Below are positions 1 to 11,896 of a stretch of 64,000 nt of DNA, in pieces (the first letter of the stretch is position 1; the number at the start of each line of letters is the position of its first letter). Both the position numbers and the translations under genes were made by a program. The DNA comes from Cyanophora paradoxa CCMP329 (Eukaryota; Plantae; Glaucophyta). The stretch covers positions 3,269-67,268 of the forward strand of contig QPMI01000565.1 of NCBI GenBank assembly GCA_004431415.1. The letters are read 5' to 3'. The notes under the pieces were generated by a model that worked only from the letters and a program-made list of their open reading frames with translations, made no database searches and was not told the origin of the DNA.

Positions 1-477
1 TACATCATTTGTGTAGGAGACCTGATTTGTGTTGGCAATGGGACCCACTTGCAATACTTGGGGGACCTCAGCTTTTGCAGTGCTGCCCTCATTGTAAATT
101 CGCAAAGCTGTGTTCTGTTTGCCCTGCTCATCTTGAACATTGAAAATCAATCGACCACTATCGAACCTGGAAGGTATATCTGGGTGAGTGCCACTGGTTT
201 TTAGTTTCCTAGGTCTCCTTCTTGTTGCTTTGATCTCTGCCACTTGGTTTGCTTTCACATTACCCAAACTAAAGGCTACACTGACATCCTCTTTATCTGG
301 ATCGGTTTGATTCACAGATAAAGCATGCTCCCTTGATTGAGTCTTTGATGAATTATCAGAGCTGTGGTCAATTGAAACTGAACCCTTTACTTTAATATTA
401 TCAAAGTTCACATGCTTGGTGCTGCTTGCATTATCATCTTGAATGGTTTCTAGATTTGGTGGGTAATTGAAGCTCAT
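1..477 (-). CDS. N-terminal part of large fibre-like virion protein (runs off window; one apparent indel)
   Basis: Reverse complement is near-identical to 41303-41779 (MSFNYPPNLETIQDD...). Confidence 0.85.
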   Translation of the reverse strand, partial: MSFNYPPNLETIQDDNASSTKHVNFDNIKVKGSVSIDHSSDNSSKTQSREHALSVNQTDPDKEDVSVAFSLGNVKANQVAEIKATRRRPRKLKTSGTHPDIPSRFDSGRLIFNVQDEQGKQNTALRIYNEGSTAKAEVPQVLQVGPIANTNQVSYTNDV

Positions 478-520
478 GGCTTTTACTATATGGATTTATA
501 AAATTCCTGATAAGTAAAAG

Positions 521-2065
521 ATGCCTCTCAAGGTCGTTTTAAGTCTTTCTGGCGGGGGTGCAAGGGGCATTATCATAACCAGGCTGCTCAAAGAAATCGA
601 AAATCGAACTGGCAGGAGAATAATCGATCTTGTGGATCTTGTGAGTGGAACTTCCACTGGTGGGATCATTGCAATAGGTTTGAATATAAGGCATCCTGAT
701 AAACCAGGTGAACCTAAACTCACAGCAAACGATTTACACAATATTTACCTAACTCAACTGCCCTTGATTTTCGCAAATCCTCGAAATATAATCGAAAATG
801 CCCTTTTTAATACAAAGTATGATGTCGGACCTTGAGACTGCAATTAATTCAGTTACTGTGAATCACTAATACAGGATTCCCTAAAGGACATTGTGATCAC
901 ATCATTTGACACTCAGAATATGAAACCAATATTTATTACAAATGATAACAATTACAACTTTATGCCTTGTAAGATTGCTGCTAGGGCTACTTCTGCTGCT
1001 CCTACATATTTCTCTCCTGTAAGCATTGTTGATTTCAATCGGGGAGTATATGTCTGTCTAATTGATGGTGCCATTTCGGGAAACAATAATCCAGTGTGTG
1101 TGGTTACAGCCATGCAAAGAAGATTTACAGTGATGATGATGATATTATAGTAATAAGTATCTCTTGTGGTGAGGTGGACCCACATTTAGAGTCTGATTAT
1201 GTGGGTTATGCTTATGAGACTGTAAACAGCTGGGCATTCTCTCATGGATTGCCTCAACAGATGGAAGCCCATTGATTAACATGCTCATGGCTGCAAGTGA
1301 GCTTTCTGCCCTTGATAAGATGGAGGAGTTGTTACCCTACAACTATGATCAGGATTATGGAGATACTATAGGCTATCAGTCCCACTTCCAAATCACATAG
1401 TAAGCTCCCTTGATGACACTTCTAAGATCCCAGATATGCTAGCATTCACTGAAACATACATAGCAGCAAACAATGATATGATAAATAAGCTTTGCAGCCT
1501 TCTAGTAGCAAACTATGAACTAAAGAACCCTTCAAAGGCTTACATTTCATCCACTCTCACTACATCACCTCCTTTGGATGCCAATTGGTATCAGCTTGCA
1601 GATGATGCCTTTACTGCCTCATCCTCTGTGACAGGTAAAGAGCCTTTCATGGCAAGACCTTCAGCATTTGGCTGGGAAGCTGGAGCCTATGCTCCTGAAC
1701 AGATATGGGAAACCCCACTGAATACCTACAAGTTGCTTTTCCATATACTTTTGAACTCTCTTCTGTGATTGCCTATGGATCAGGGGAACAAATGCTTTTA
1801 TTAAGACTTTCAATGTGGCAACATCCACTGATGGGATCAACTGGTCTTTATTCGATCAGATGGCAAAACAAAATATATGTCTGTGAGAACATTAACAATG
1901 CTCACAACTCTGGTGATGTGGCTCTATTGAGTGGATTTCCTCTAAGCATCAAGGATGCTTTTTACATAGGTTTCTCTCTCAGAATCAAATATATTCGCAT
2001 TTATCCCTTGTGTATGTGAATGCTCCACAATGAGAGTTGATTTCACAGGTGCCTTTATTCGATAA
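521..2065 (+). CDS. Patatin-like phospholipase with C-terminal discoidin (F5/8 type C)-like domain; several frameshifts in this copy
   Basis: GGGARG, GTSTG and DGA motifs; fragments match the intact 518-aa copy at 39703-41259. Confidence 0.88.
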
Positions 2066-2981
2066 ACTCAACTGAAACGAATTATCGATTCCATTCATAT
2101 CAATCAGTTCACCAAAGTAATCTTTAAACTCCACAGTGAGTTCCCTTATCACCAGGTTTCTGTCATTGATTTGAATAAATTCTGCATGTTCACCACTATG
2201 GTAAACATAGCCACCTATATCTTTACTCAATTGCAATCTAAGGATAGCCCCTGGTTGTGTGGTTGCGATTTCGGAATTATATTGTGTCTGCTGGCAAAGG
2301 GGGCTAGCTCTTTAATATGCATGTACAGATACTGCTCAGCATTCATATCAGACATCTTATTACTGGTGAAATAATACTGCAAGGGCTTGAGGAGAGTCTG
2401 GGTCCTGAGAAGGTGATTCCCATGCTGGGTGATCAGGTGTAATAGGTTTGCCATCATACTTTAAAAGGTTCTCAGGTCGATATGGAGATCCACCAACAGG
2501 AGGAGTGCTATAATACCCATTAGTGTATTCAGTAGAACTTACACCCAAAAGCTTTCCTATTCTCTGGTTGCTTGCAATAAAACGAAACTCATGGTTACTG
2601 TAAAACTCCACTTTATAGGTTGTTGGGTTGTAGAATATCTTGAACTCAAAAGCTACTGTTTTGCCTGCAATAGTTTGGAAGCTTGAATAGTTCAGCCCAT
2701 AATTATAAGGTGTGTGACCCCAAAATGACCCTGATTGATGTAGCCACTGGGAAGGGGATACACTTGTTGTGTGATCACTTGGTTATATGAACCATCTTGG
2801 TAATTAAACTGAACTGTTAGATGATCAGTTCCCACACTGTTATAGATACTGTTTGGAATCTCTGCATAGAGAACCCTACATTCCTTGGTCTCTCTACTGG
2901 AGTTGTGAGGGTGACCCTGTAAGAGTTTTCATTTTGTCCTTGGCTTCTATCCCTGCTATCAATATTAACGAGCCGGTTCAT
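2055..2981 (-). CDS. Minor capsid/penton-like protein 2 (frameshifted copy)
   Basis: Fragments match intact 38781-39713; IDSRDR start and ...FKDYFGELIDMNG... end. Confidence 0.72.
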
Positions 2982-3010
2982 TTTAATATATAAATATAGA
3001 TAAAAGAAGA

Positions 3011-4016
3011 ATGCCTGTGGATTACATCGAGGTTAGCTCATTTAATACAATCTCTGGTGATGGTCCACATCAAGCTTTGTGGCTAGACTCCCCAGTAGTT
3101 ATGAGAATGTGAGGGCTGTGAGACTGGTCTCAGCCGAATTTATAACAGTATCCCTATGGTGAGTGGTGAAACCAAAGCAGGAGATGTGACAGTTGACAAT
3201 GCATTTAGCATTTATTATTCTGAACAAACTCCTGGAGCTGGAAGCTCAGGAATTCCAACAGTTCGCCCAGCTGCTGACTATGAACAATGGAAACAATTCA
3301 TTATAAGTCGAAACACCCCCATCCAAAGCACCAGCAACTGGTGAATGTAATTAACTCTAAATTCGAAGGCAGAAATCCCAACCATCCATTCGCTGCAAAT
3401 GGGATGAATCACTGAAACGAATTATATTCCACTCAGCAGTACCATTTTACTTGGCTTTCTCAGTAGCTGTGAACCCAAGCCAACAAACAATCCAAAAGCT
3501 GTTGAGTTCAGCTAGACTGCTGGGTCTTGATCCTGGAAGATATGGTAACTCCCCAATCCAATCACAGGTCTATGATGCTCTCACTGATGGAATCTTTACT
3601 GGTGGTCGCGTGAATGGCATTATATCTTCTTTTGAGCCTGAGAAGACCAGGGACAGTGTTTTGTTTGTGAGAGTAAAGGAGCTGGGTGATCTGGTGCAAT
3701 GTGGGGATGGTCTTCTGACTGGTTACTTTCACAAAATAGTGGTCCCTGATAAAGACTATGGTGAGCATGTTGTTTACAATTCAACAGAAGCTCACCCACT
3801 TTACAAATACTATAATAAAAAGGTTGGATTATCCACTTTCTCGGTTGATATTGTAAATGCTATTAATGAACCAATTGATTTTGAGGGTCAACCTGTTCAT
3901 CTTACCTTTGAAATTCGCTATGGTGATGAGCCAGCTGGGACCCAGTTTATGAATACTTCAAGATGCGAATGTCACAGCTTCACCCTTCCTATCCAGTTAT
4001 TACAAACTTCGCATAA
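3011..4016 (+). CDS. Minor capsid/penton-like protein 1 (frameshifted copy)
   Basis: Matches 37742-38751; LPSSYENVRAVRLVSAEFYNS N-terminus and INEPIDFEGQPVHLTFEI C-terminus resemble PLV/NCLDV pentons; directly upstream of MCP. Confidence 0.72.
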
Positions 4017-4069
4017 ATTAAGGATCATTGGTAGATTTTTTATGTTGCAGTATAATAAAAGAGAATATA

Positions 4070-5434
4070 ATGGATATCACTTCCACTCTTCAAAGACTTT
4101 CGCTGAAAGAAGCCCTAACAACCCCAGAGGAGGCGAAAGCCTTTTTCCTGGATAACTCCCTTATGCTTGGTCTCGAATCCAAGTCTAAGCCAGTTCTAGT
4201 TGTTGTGAATCCCAGCAATACTTTTGAGAATAATGTTGGAAATCGCATTTCCTTCAAGCTACCTCGCTACAATTTCTGTGGAAAACTCGAACTTGCTTTC
4301 GACCTTCCAGCCATCACTTTTGCTGGTGAAGATCTAGTTCGCAATGGATACACTCGCCCAGTTGGTGCTTTAGTTCAGCGACTTGAAATTACCTATGGAT
4401 CTTACACCTACCACATCCCTTCTGATTTCCTTGCTCATTTCCCCTGGTCTATTATTCGGAGGATCAACTAGCTAAAAAGAAACGCTCAATGGGCATGGTT
4501 CATGGTATCCCTGCTCATGGAACCAACCGACTTGGTGGCTCATTTTTCGTTGAGATCCAGTGCCTTGGCTAAATCACTATCTTCCCTTGGTGCTTTATCT
4601 GGTGAAATGGTTGTTACTGTTTGGTTTAAGGATGCTGGAAAGGGTTATGTTGAAACTTCCTATGGTGGTCGCTCTCTCCCTGTTGTTGGTGGGACAGCTG
4701 CTGATAAGACAGAAGATGATGGTCTTGGTGATACTGCTAATGCTACACTTGCCCATGTTGGTCAAAACATCACCACTTTCAGTCTTGGTGCAACAACCCC
4801 TGCTATTTCAATTACTTCTCCTCGCCTTTACATGCATGCTATTAATGTTTCTGATGAGCTTTTCGCTACTGTAATTGAAAAAGTAAAGACTACTGGCATG
4901 GCTATTCCCTCCCTTGATATTGGATTTGTAGATGCCATTGCTTTCCCTGCCAAGGGCAATGCCCAGCCCAATCGAATTAACCTCTCTCAAATCTCAGGTC
5001 TTGTCTATGCTCTGCTTGTTTCAGTTCGTGATTATGAGACTGTTGACAAATCAAATGGCTCCCACAGTGTTCTTAAGACCTATGCCAACTCCAAAGAGAT
5101 AACATTCACTGTGGAAATAAATGGTCAGCGACTTTTTGCCACTGAGCCAATTTCCCTACTCAAAGGTGCTGAGCTAATTGCTGATGCATTCAAATGCTCT
5201 AACATGGACAAGGTCGCAGATAAATATGTCCTTTCGGGTATGAGTTTCTGCCTTAATGGAGAAAATGCGATTCGAAATATCGCTCAAAGTGGCTTTGTCG
5301 ACCTGACAAATTCCTCATCTTCATTCCTCACACTCTACATGCCCACAGATAAGACAATCAATGTTCAAGTTCGCGCTCTCATGCATAGCTATATTATTGT
5401 CGACAAAGATGGTTTACGCAGAATTAATTTATAG
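4070..5434 (+). CDS. Major capsid protein, double jelly-roll, about 455 aa after correcting indels near 4440-4570
   Basis: ISFKLPRY..LELAFDLPAI..VGALVQRLEITYG N-terminus recalls NCLDV-type DJR capsids; beta-rich; lies between penton and ATPase genes. Confidence 0.8.
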
Positions 5435-5535
5435 ATTGTTACGATATATCGTAAGGCATTTAAGGAAAAATTGATTACTTTTTTATCATCGAAAACTATT
5501 TAAAGGTTTGCTTTGCATAGATTGTAAGAAAGCCA

Positions 5536-6477
5536 ATGAAGCTAAATTCGCTCGAGACCTTTATTCAAAAAAGTGTAAGCATTCATGGAGAGAAATTTGG
5601 ATATGATCGAGCTACTTATAATGGGGTCAAATCGAAAATTACACTTCTATGCAAGTCATGTGACGAATATTTCGAGGTCATTTCTGGAAATCATCTGAAT
5701 CCAAAAAGCCATGGTGGATGCAAACAATGCAAAAGAAAATTCTATCAAGCTTGTTTCCAAAAAAAAGCAAACATATTTATTGAAGAAGCAAAGGCAAAGC
5801 ATGGGGACAAGTATGATTACACAAAGGTAGAATATTTGAATGCTCGAACAAAAATTCAAATAAAGTGTAATACCTGTGGTATTGAGTTTTTGCAGGTGCC
5901 TGATTCGCATTTGAGAGGTCTAGGCTGTGAAAAATGTTCTTATAGAAAACGTGGCGAATTAAGGAAAAGGACAATTACACAATTTATTCAAAGAAGTCGG
6001 ACTGTGCATGGTGACAAATATGAGTATTCTAAAGCGAATTACACAAACAAATTTGGTAAAGTATTGCTGGGTTGCAAAACATGCGGAAAGGATTTTGAGC
6101 AGGAGGCAAATTCTCATCTTCAAGGATCTGGATGTCCAAACTGCAAAATGTCAAAAGGGGAGAGCAAAATCGGAATTGTGTTAGACCTAATTGGGATTGA
6201 GTTCAAAACCCAAATGAAGTTTCATGGTTGCAAACATATAAAAGAGCTTCGATTTGATTTCTTCGTTCCATCTCTCAAAATCGCTATCGAATATGATGGC
6301 ATTCAACATTTCAAGCCTGTGGAACAGTTTGGAGGTCAGAAGGCATTTGAAGATACCCAAGTTCGTGATGGAATTAAAAATCGCTACTGTGAAGCTAACA
6401 ACATTAAACTGCTGAGAATCCCATACACCGAAACTGATATTGAGGGCTGCATTAAACATTTTCTATCTAACCTTTAA
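5536..6477 (+). CDS. Freestanding homing-type endonuclease (three DUF723-like CxxC repeats plus C-terminal PD-(D/E)xK/Vsr-like nuclease)
   Basis: Repeated HGDKYDY...C..C...HL.G.GC..C units; LRFDFF..IAIEYDGIQHF..D..KN.YC....IKLLRIPY. Absent from the same site in element C. Confidence 0.85.
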   Translation: MKLNSLETFIQKSVSIHGEKFGYDRATYNGVKSKITLLCKSCDEYFEVISGNHLNPKSHGGCKQCKRKFYQACFQKKANIFIEEAKAKHGDKYDYTKVEYLNARTKIQIKCNTCGIEFLQVPDSHLRGLGCEKCSYRKRGELRKRTITQFIQRSRTVHGDKYEYSKANYTNKFGKVLLGCKTCGKDFEQEANSHLQGSGCPNCKMSKGESKIGIVLDLIGIEFKTQMKFHGCKHIKELRFDFFVPSLKIAIEYDGIQHFKPVEQFGGQKAFEDTQVRDGIKNRYCEANNIKLLRIPYTETDIEGCIKHFLSNL

Positions 6478-6543
6478 ACTATAAACCATAATCAGTAACA
6501 TTTCATTATTTTTATCTGTCTTTATTTAGGAAGATCTACAACA

Positions 6544-7326
6544 ATGCAAGATTTAGAAGAGTTTAATGTTTCTGAAATGATAAAAGGTGTTTTCAGAGCC
6601 ATTTTTATAGGCAAAAGTTGTACGGGAAAAAGCGAATGTGTAAAGTATTGGTTAAAGCAATTACATGATGCCAAAGTTATTGATGTTGTCCTAGTTGTGA
6701 GTGGGACCAGCTTCAATCATTTCTGGAGAGAGGTTGCAACAGTAGAACTTGGTAAATGGGATGCCGGTTACATTTCAAAGCTTTTGGATGAAAGGCAGGA
6801 GAAAATCGAAAAGGGTGAACCTGTGAACCACATGTGTGTTGTTTTAGATGATTTAATTGATAATGAGATAGTCGATCTCACAAGGGATAAAATAATCGGA
6901 TCCTTGTATTCCAGAGGTCGCCATTCGAAAATATCCATTATCTGCATTACACAGAAACTCAGAAAAGTCTCTTCGACTATTCGAGTTAATTCTGATTATG
7001 CTGTTTTCCTGAGTGCTGCTAATCGCAAAGAACTTGAAGCCATAGAGGAAGAATACAATATAATGCGAAACAAGGAGGACTTTTACAAAATGTTTGAAGA
7101 GTATGTCCACTCCTATCAGTATATCGTTTGGTCTTCTGCTGGCTACTCAGTTAAATACTTTGTAGATAAAGCGGACCTTGTGAAAGATTTCCCATTTCCT
7201 CGCTTCCACAGGAAGCCAAAAAAGAAAGAAGATGAACTGAAACCACCAGAGAAAGAGGAAGCCCCCAAAGAAGTGAAAAGCCAAGTCCATAGCAATAAAT
7301 TGATGCGATATAAACGCGGTTTATAA
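6544..7326 (+). CDS. A32/FtsK-HerA-type genome packaging ATPase
   Basis: Walker A GKSCTGKS, Walker B VVLDD, SRGRH..ISIICITQ and IRVNSDY motifs. Confidence 0.92.
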   Translation: MQDLEEFNVSEMIKGVFRAIFIGKSCTGKSECVKYWLKQLHDAKVIDVVLVVSGTSFNHFWREVATVELGKWDAGYISKLLDERQEKIEKGEPVNHMCVVLDDLIDNEIVDLTRDKIIGSLYSRGRHSKISIICITQKLRKVSSTIRVNSDYAVFLSAANRKELEAIEEEYNIMRNKEDFYKMFEEYVHSYQYIVWSSAGYSVKYFVDKADLVKDFPFPRFHRKPKKKEDELKPPEKEEAPKEVKSQVHSNKLMRYKRGL

Positions 7327-7354
7327 AATTATCTCTCATTCTAATAAAGATACA

Positions 7355-8089
7355 ATGCCTCCCAAACGAAAAATAGGGATCCCAGCTGGGGCTGTTGGCT
7401 ATTCAGGTGGTGGAAACAATGGATCCATTAACACAGATCCACTGAAATTCAATGGTATGAATGAGGTGAAGCCCTCACAACAAGAAGAAGACCCTCTTAA
7501 TGCTGCCTATGAGGAATCAGTCGATGACAAAGCCCCACAGGCTTCAACCAGTGACCAACTCAACATCTCACCAGAAGCCTCAAAAATGAAAGCTGTTGCT
7601 GAGGGTGCCAGGCGAATTATTGGTGCTGCTGATGATAAAGGTTTAGGCTTGCAAGATCTGTCATTGGCTCGCAAAGGTGAAGGTCTTAGTAAGGAATCAG
7701 ACAAGGTTATTCAGTCTATGGCTGGTGAAGTCACATACAAGACTGCGCCCACTCAAAATATTCATCGAATTCCCAAGGCTCAATGGGATGAGATGACTGC
7801 TAAACTCAAAGATCTGGAAGCCAAATCAAGTGCCTTGGAGCAGTATGTTACTGAGAAGAAAGAGAGAGCCAAGCTAAAGGAGATGCTTCGAAAGGAAGTT
7901 TATAAAATGGGTATTACTGGTGTCCCAGATAAACAGTTTATTGCTAAGAAAGAGAACCAAATCGATGAGCAAGCAGTAGATGAAATGAAAACAAAGACCC
8001 AGAAGGGAACCATTGAACCTGGTGCCACCAAAGCTGAAGTCGAAAAGGGAGTAGCCCCAACAGTATATAAAAGACGAGTTTGGCTTTAA
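7355..8089 (+). CDS. Hypothetical coiled-coil protein (possible core protein)
   Basis: 244-aa ORF, near-identical copy at 34710-35444. Confidence 0.75.
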   Translation: MPPKRKIGIPAGAVGYSGGGNNGSINTDPLKFNGMNEVKPSQQEEDPLNAAYEESVDDKAPQASTSDQLNISPEASKMKAVAEGARRIIGAADDKGLGLQDLSLARKGEGLSKESDKVIQSMAGEVTYKTAPTQNIHRIPKAQWDEMTAKLKDLEAKSSALEQYVTEKKERAKLKEMLRKEVYKMGITGVPDKQFIAKKENQIDEQAVDEMKTKTQKGTIEPGATKAEVEKGVAPTVYKRRVWL

Positions 8090-8111
8090 TTTTCTCTGTT
8101 TTATTAGAGAC

Positions 8112-8384
8112 ATGGATATAATACGAAAGTTTATTGAGATGCTCAGTCTGCATGTGGTGAGCAATTGCCACAGTGGATGCTGTGACACAACAATAGAGTT
8201 TGAGATGTCAGATACTGAGGATAATGCCTCAGAAGCAAGAGAGAGAAGGAGGTCTACGATTTCTGTGGAGTCAATGCCAGCAGACCCCACAGAGTATACA
8301 TATGAGCAACAGGAGTATCCAAGGAGAAGTTCTTTACCTGGTGAAAACGTTTTCTCTGGGAATATAAATGGAGGACACTATTAG
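8112..8384 (+). CDS. Small hypothetical protein
   Basis: Conserved open copy at 34415-34687. Confidence 0.65.
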   Translation: MDIIRKFIEMLSLHVVSNCHSGCCDTTIEFEMSDTEDNASEARERRRSTISVESMPADPTEYTYEQQEYPRRSSLPGENVFSGNINGGHY

Positions 8385-8715
8385 TTTGATCGAGTTTACC
8401 AGTGATGAGCCTTTAACTGAGGGTGCTATTAGACACATTCTAGCAATGCAGAAACGATATAGAGAGGACCCAGCATATAGAGAGTATAAAAAGCAGCAAG
8501 CCTTGGCATCCTATTATCGCAGAAAAGCCCAAAAAGAGGAGCAGAGACCCAGAGGTAGACCAATTAAATATTATTTGCCTACTGAAAGTAGCAATGGACC
8601 CCAGGTCTATAAGATAATTGAGAAAAAGCGGTCTCAGTATGCCACTGAGGCAGCTATAAAACTTTACAGACAGGAACTGGTGTTGACCGCAAAAAATGAC
8701 TTAAAGAAAAAGTAG
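8368..8715 (+). CDS. Small basic protein with AT-hook-like RPRGRP motif
   Basis: YREYKKQQALASYYRRK...RPRGRPIKY; homolog at 34083-34431. Confidence 0.65.
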   Translation: MEDTISLIEFTSDEPLTEGAIRHILAMQKRYREDPAYREYKKQQALASYYRRKAQKEEQRPRGRPIKYYLPTESSNGPQVYKIIEKKRSQYATEAAIKLYRQELVLTAKNDLKKK

Positions 8716-8764
8716 ATAGGTTGTATTGAGGAAAAATTATTTTCGTATCTACTATTAAAGAGAA

Positions 8765-9091
8765 ATGCCAAATATCCGCAAGATACTCACAGATGATGAA
8801 AAAGCAGAGAAGCTGAGACTGAAAAGGGAGCAAGATGCCCAAAGAAAACGCGAAGCCTATCATAAAAAGAAGGAGGAACGATTATCCCAAGGAGCCGCTA
8901 CAGTTCACACACCAGAAGAACTCAAAAAGATTGCCCTCAGACACCAGAGGAAATACAGGGAAAATGAAGAATATCGCGAGCAGAAAAAGGCAAAAGCGCT
9001 GGAATATTACCACAAGAAGAAAGATGAACAGCCCAAGACACCCAAAGAGCATAAACCGGTTGGAAGACCTCGGAAATATATCGAAGAATAA
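8765..9091 (+). CDS. Small basic protein with GRPRKY motif, paralog of preceding gene
   Basis: YREQKKAKALEYYHKKK...VGRPRKY resembles 8368-8715. Confidence 0.65.
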   Translation: MPNIRKILTDDEKAEKLRLKREQDAQRKREAYHKKKEERLSQGAATVHTPEELKKIALRHQRKYRENEEYREQKKAKALEYYHKKKDEQPKTPKEHKPVGRPRKYIEE

Positions 9092-9309
9092 ATTCTCGAT
9101 CAAACCAAATCTTGTAGAAATTGATTTGATCGGAGGCAAAAAAATGACAGCTTTCTTCCCTCTTTTTTAAAACTGTACCTATATATCGAGACAGTATCCC
9201 TACCCAAAACTACTTAAGGACTTGGCAAATAAAAGGATATATATAAAAGACAATTCCTCCTTCCGAAATTATTTTCTTTGTTAAAGGTAGAAGTCCCCCA
9301 AAATCGAAA

Positions 9310-11896
9310 ATGAACAAAATCGAGAAATTCGCCACCCCTGTTGAAAATGCTACATTCCTTAGTACTCTCATTGGTGATCGCAACAAGGTCACCCATGTAT
9401 TTGATTCTGCTGAAGATGCCTTGAAGCAATTGATAATAGCAAGGTTAAGACCTGGGCTGAATGCATTCAGCCTGAACAAGTCACCAGAGTTTACCTGGAC
9501 CTGGATAGATTCGTTGATTTGAAGGAGAACATTGCTGATAATTATGCTGAGGCGGAAACTGTTGTAAGAGAGATGAGAGATAAGTTATGGAAGCGATCTG
9601 GGACCACTTCAATTAACGATATTGCTGTTGCAGTTCGCCATAGAAAGGTCCATTTGATCAAGGAGGATGGTATTAAGTTCAAGATCTCAGCCCACTTTAT
9701 CATTAAATCGCTTGCATGCAAACATGAAGATATCCCAAGCTTTTCAAAGCTATGGATTGGTGCAAAATGAGGATTATGACAGTGGAGTTTACAGCTCCAC
9801 ACAGAACCTTATCTGCCTCAATTGCTGCAAAGGTGAGACTCTCGATGCTCAAAATAAATCAAAGAAAGATGTTGATAAAAACGTTTGCTTTAAGAAATTC
9901 GTTGACTGTGACAAAGTGTTAATGCGAAATGAGGACTTCTTTGTATCTTTCTTCTCAGCTTCTACTAAACTTGTGGATGAATCGAATATTTCTGCATTCG
10001 CAAATTATAGCCCTGAGCCAAAACCAGTTAAAAAGGAGCCAAAAAGTGATAAAGTGAAGACTGAGAAGGTAGAAGCTGAAAAAGACACTGAACCCGAAAA
10101 TCCTGTTACTTTCGAACTGCTACAAAGTGTTATAATGGGTCTAAATGGTGAGAGAGCTAATGAGTATAAAACTTGGATTGATGTAGGACTGGTCATCATC
10201 AATGTTGGGGAAGACAACAAGTTCACCCCTAAAATGCAAGCTGAACTCTTCCACCAATTCTCAGAACAGAGTGACAAGTATGATTATGATGAATGCCAGG
10301 AGAAGTTTACACAGCTTCGCAGAAGCAAGAAGAAGGCTGAGCCTGGCAAAGTGTTGACCTTCAAATCCTTGGTTTATTGGTTGAGCAAAGATAACAATGA
10401 GCTTTTCAAGGAACTCTTCCCCAAAAAGTATGCATTCCTACCAGAGGACACAGATGAAATCGATTACAAGACTGCAAGTATCCCTCCTTTGGCTGAACAT
10501 TACAATGTGCATAAGAGGTATTTCAATGCTCGAATGCATCATGTTGAAAATGTTGGTTGTGTGATGCTCTGGGATGAACAACTACTTTGCTGGATGCCCA
10601 AAGATATTGGAAGCTCTCTACAAAGCATTTCCCCATTTGATGCATAAGGTGATTGTCAATGAGGGAACAGATAATGAGAAAGAGAAATGGGAGCAATCAT
10701 TTAGGAAATGGATTGTGGATCCAACAGCCACAAGATCAACTTACATGGATTTCCTTCCCCTCCTGCTTCTCTCAGTGCAAAATGCAAGTCTGTATTTAAT
10801 CTCTATCCAGGAATGAAGGTCGACCATCAGCAATTCGAAAATGCTCCAGAGGATGTAACTGCTGAGATGATTAAGCCTTTCCTAGATCACTTGTTCTTAA
10901 TGTCTGGTGAGGATCAAAATACCTATGAATATCTGTTGAAATGGTTTGCCCACATGCTGCAAAAGCCTGGGAACTCAATGGAGTATCCTTAATCTTCATT
11001 GGTGAGCAGGGAACTGGTAAAAATGTGTTGGTTGATACTTTCCAAAAGAAGATACTTGGAGATGCCCTAAGTTATGCAACTGGAAAGCCAAAAGAGGATC
11101 TGTTTGGTCGATTTGCCCACAATAGAGAGGATAAGATCTTGATTGTTGTGAATGAAGCCTCAGGCAAGGACACATTCGAAAATAATGATATGCTCAAAGA
11201 TCTCATAACTTCTGATAAGATTGTAATTGAACACAAAGGGATAGATTCATACACAAAAAGCAACTTTGCCAGGATTATATTCACCAGCAATAACAACATT
11301 CCAGTGAAAATTGAAGCTGGAGATAGGCGATTTGTGGTTGTTGAAGTTAGTAAGAAATTCGCAAAGGATAGGTCATACTTCCTTCCACTTGTAAAATGGC
11401 TAAATGATCACTGCAATATTCGAAACATTGCCCACTATTTGAGAACCAAAGTTGACTGTGAGGATGTGAACTGGATTGCTGATAGACCCCTTACAAATAA
11501 ATACTATTTAGCCCAACAGGTGTGCGCTCCAATCATTCTTATGTTCACTAAGTGGCTTGTGGATCGAGGCTTAATTTCCGAGAATAAATGCAAGTCTGGT
11601 AGCCTTGTGGAAACCTGGAAGTGGTTCCAGGAGTTATTACCAGCAATAAATATAAAAACGATTATAATAGTCGCCGATATTATACTGAAATGAGAAGTGT
11701 TACATATATCCAAGTGAAAACTACAAATGGCAAACAATACTATCATTTCCTATTCCCACAAGTATTTGAGGAATTCAGAAAGATGAAGCTTGTAGATGAT
11801 GAGACTATTGAGGAAGAAGCTAATCCAAGGATGAAACAGGACCTACCTGCTGCTGATCCTGATGCATCAGATTATGATTCTGATGTTGAAGTTTAG
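9310..11896 (+). CDS. Primase-helicase: AEP domain, PriCT-2, SF3 helicase (split by indels)
   Basis: RVYLDLD (alternate frame near 9487), KISAHF, YKTWIDVG..FSEQSDKYD (PriCT-2), GEQGTGKN, IVVNEA, FTSNN, GDRRF. Confidence 0.85.

Noticed and set aside
4430-4575. MCP frameshifts at the same positions in A and C, suggesting programmed frameshifting
   Set aside because: They fall in short C/G runs, and single-base homopolymer losses occur throughout the window. Copies often complement each other (e.g. CCTGGG at ~10966 vs CCTGGGG in D). No canonical slippery site is present. Systematic long-read error is more likely; short-read polishing would decide.
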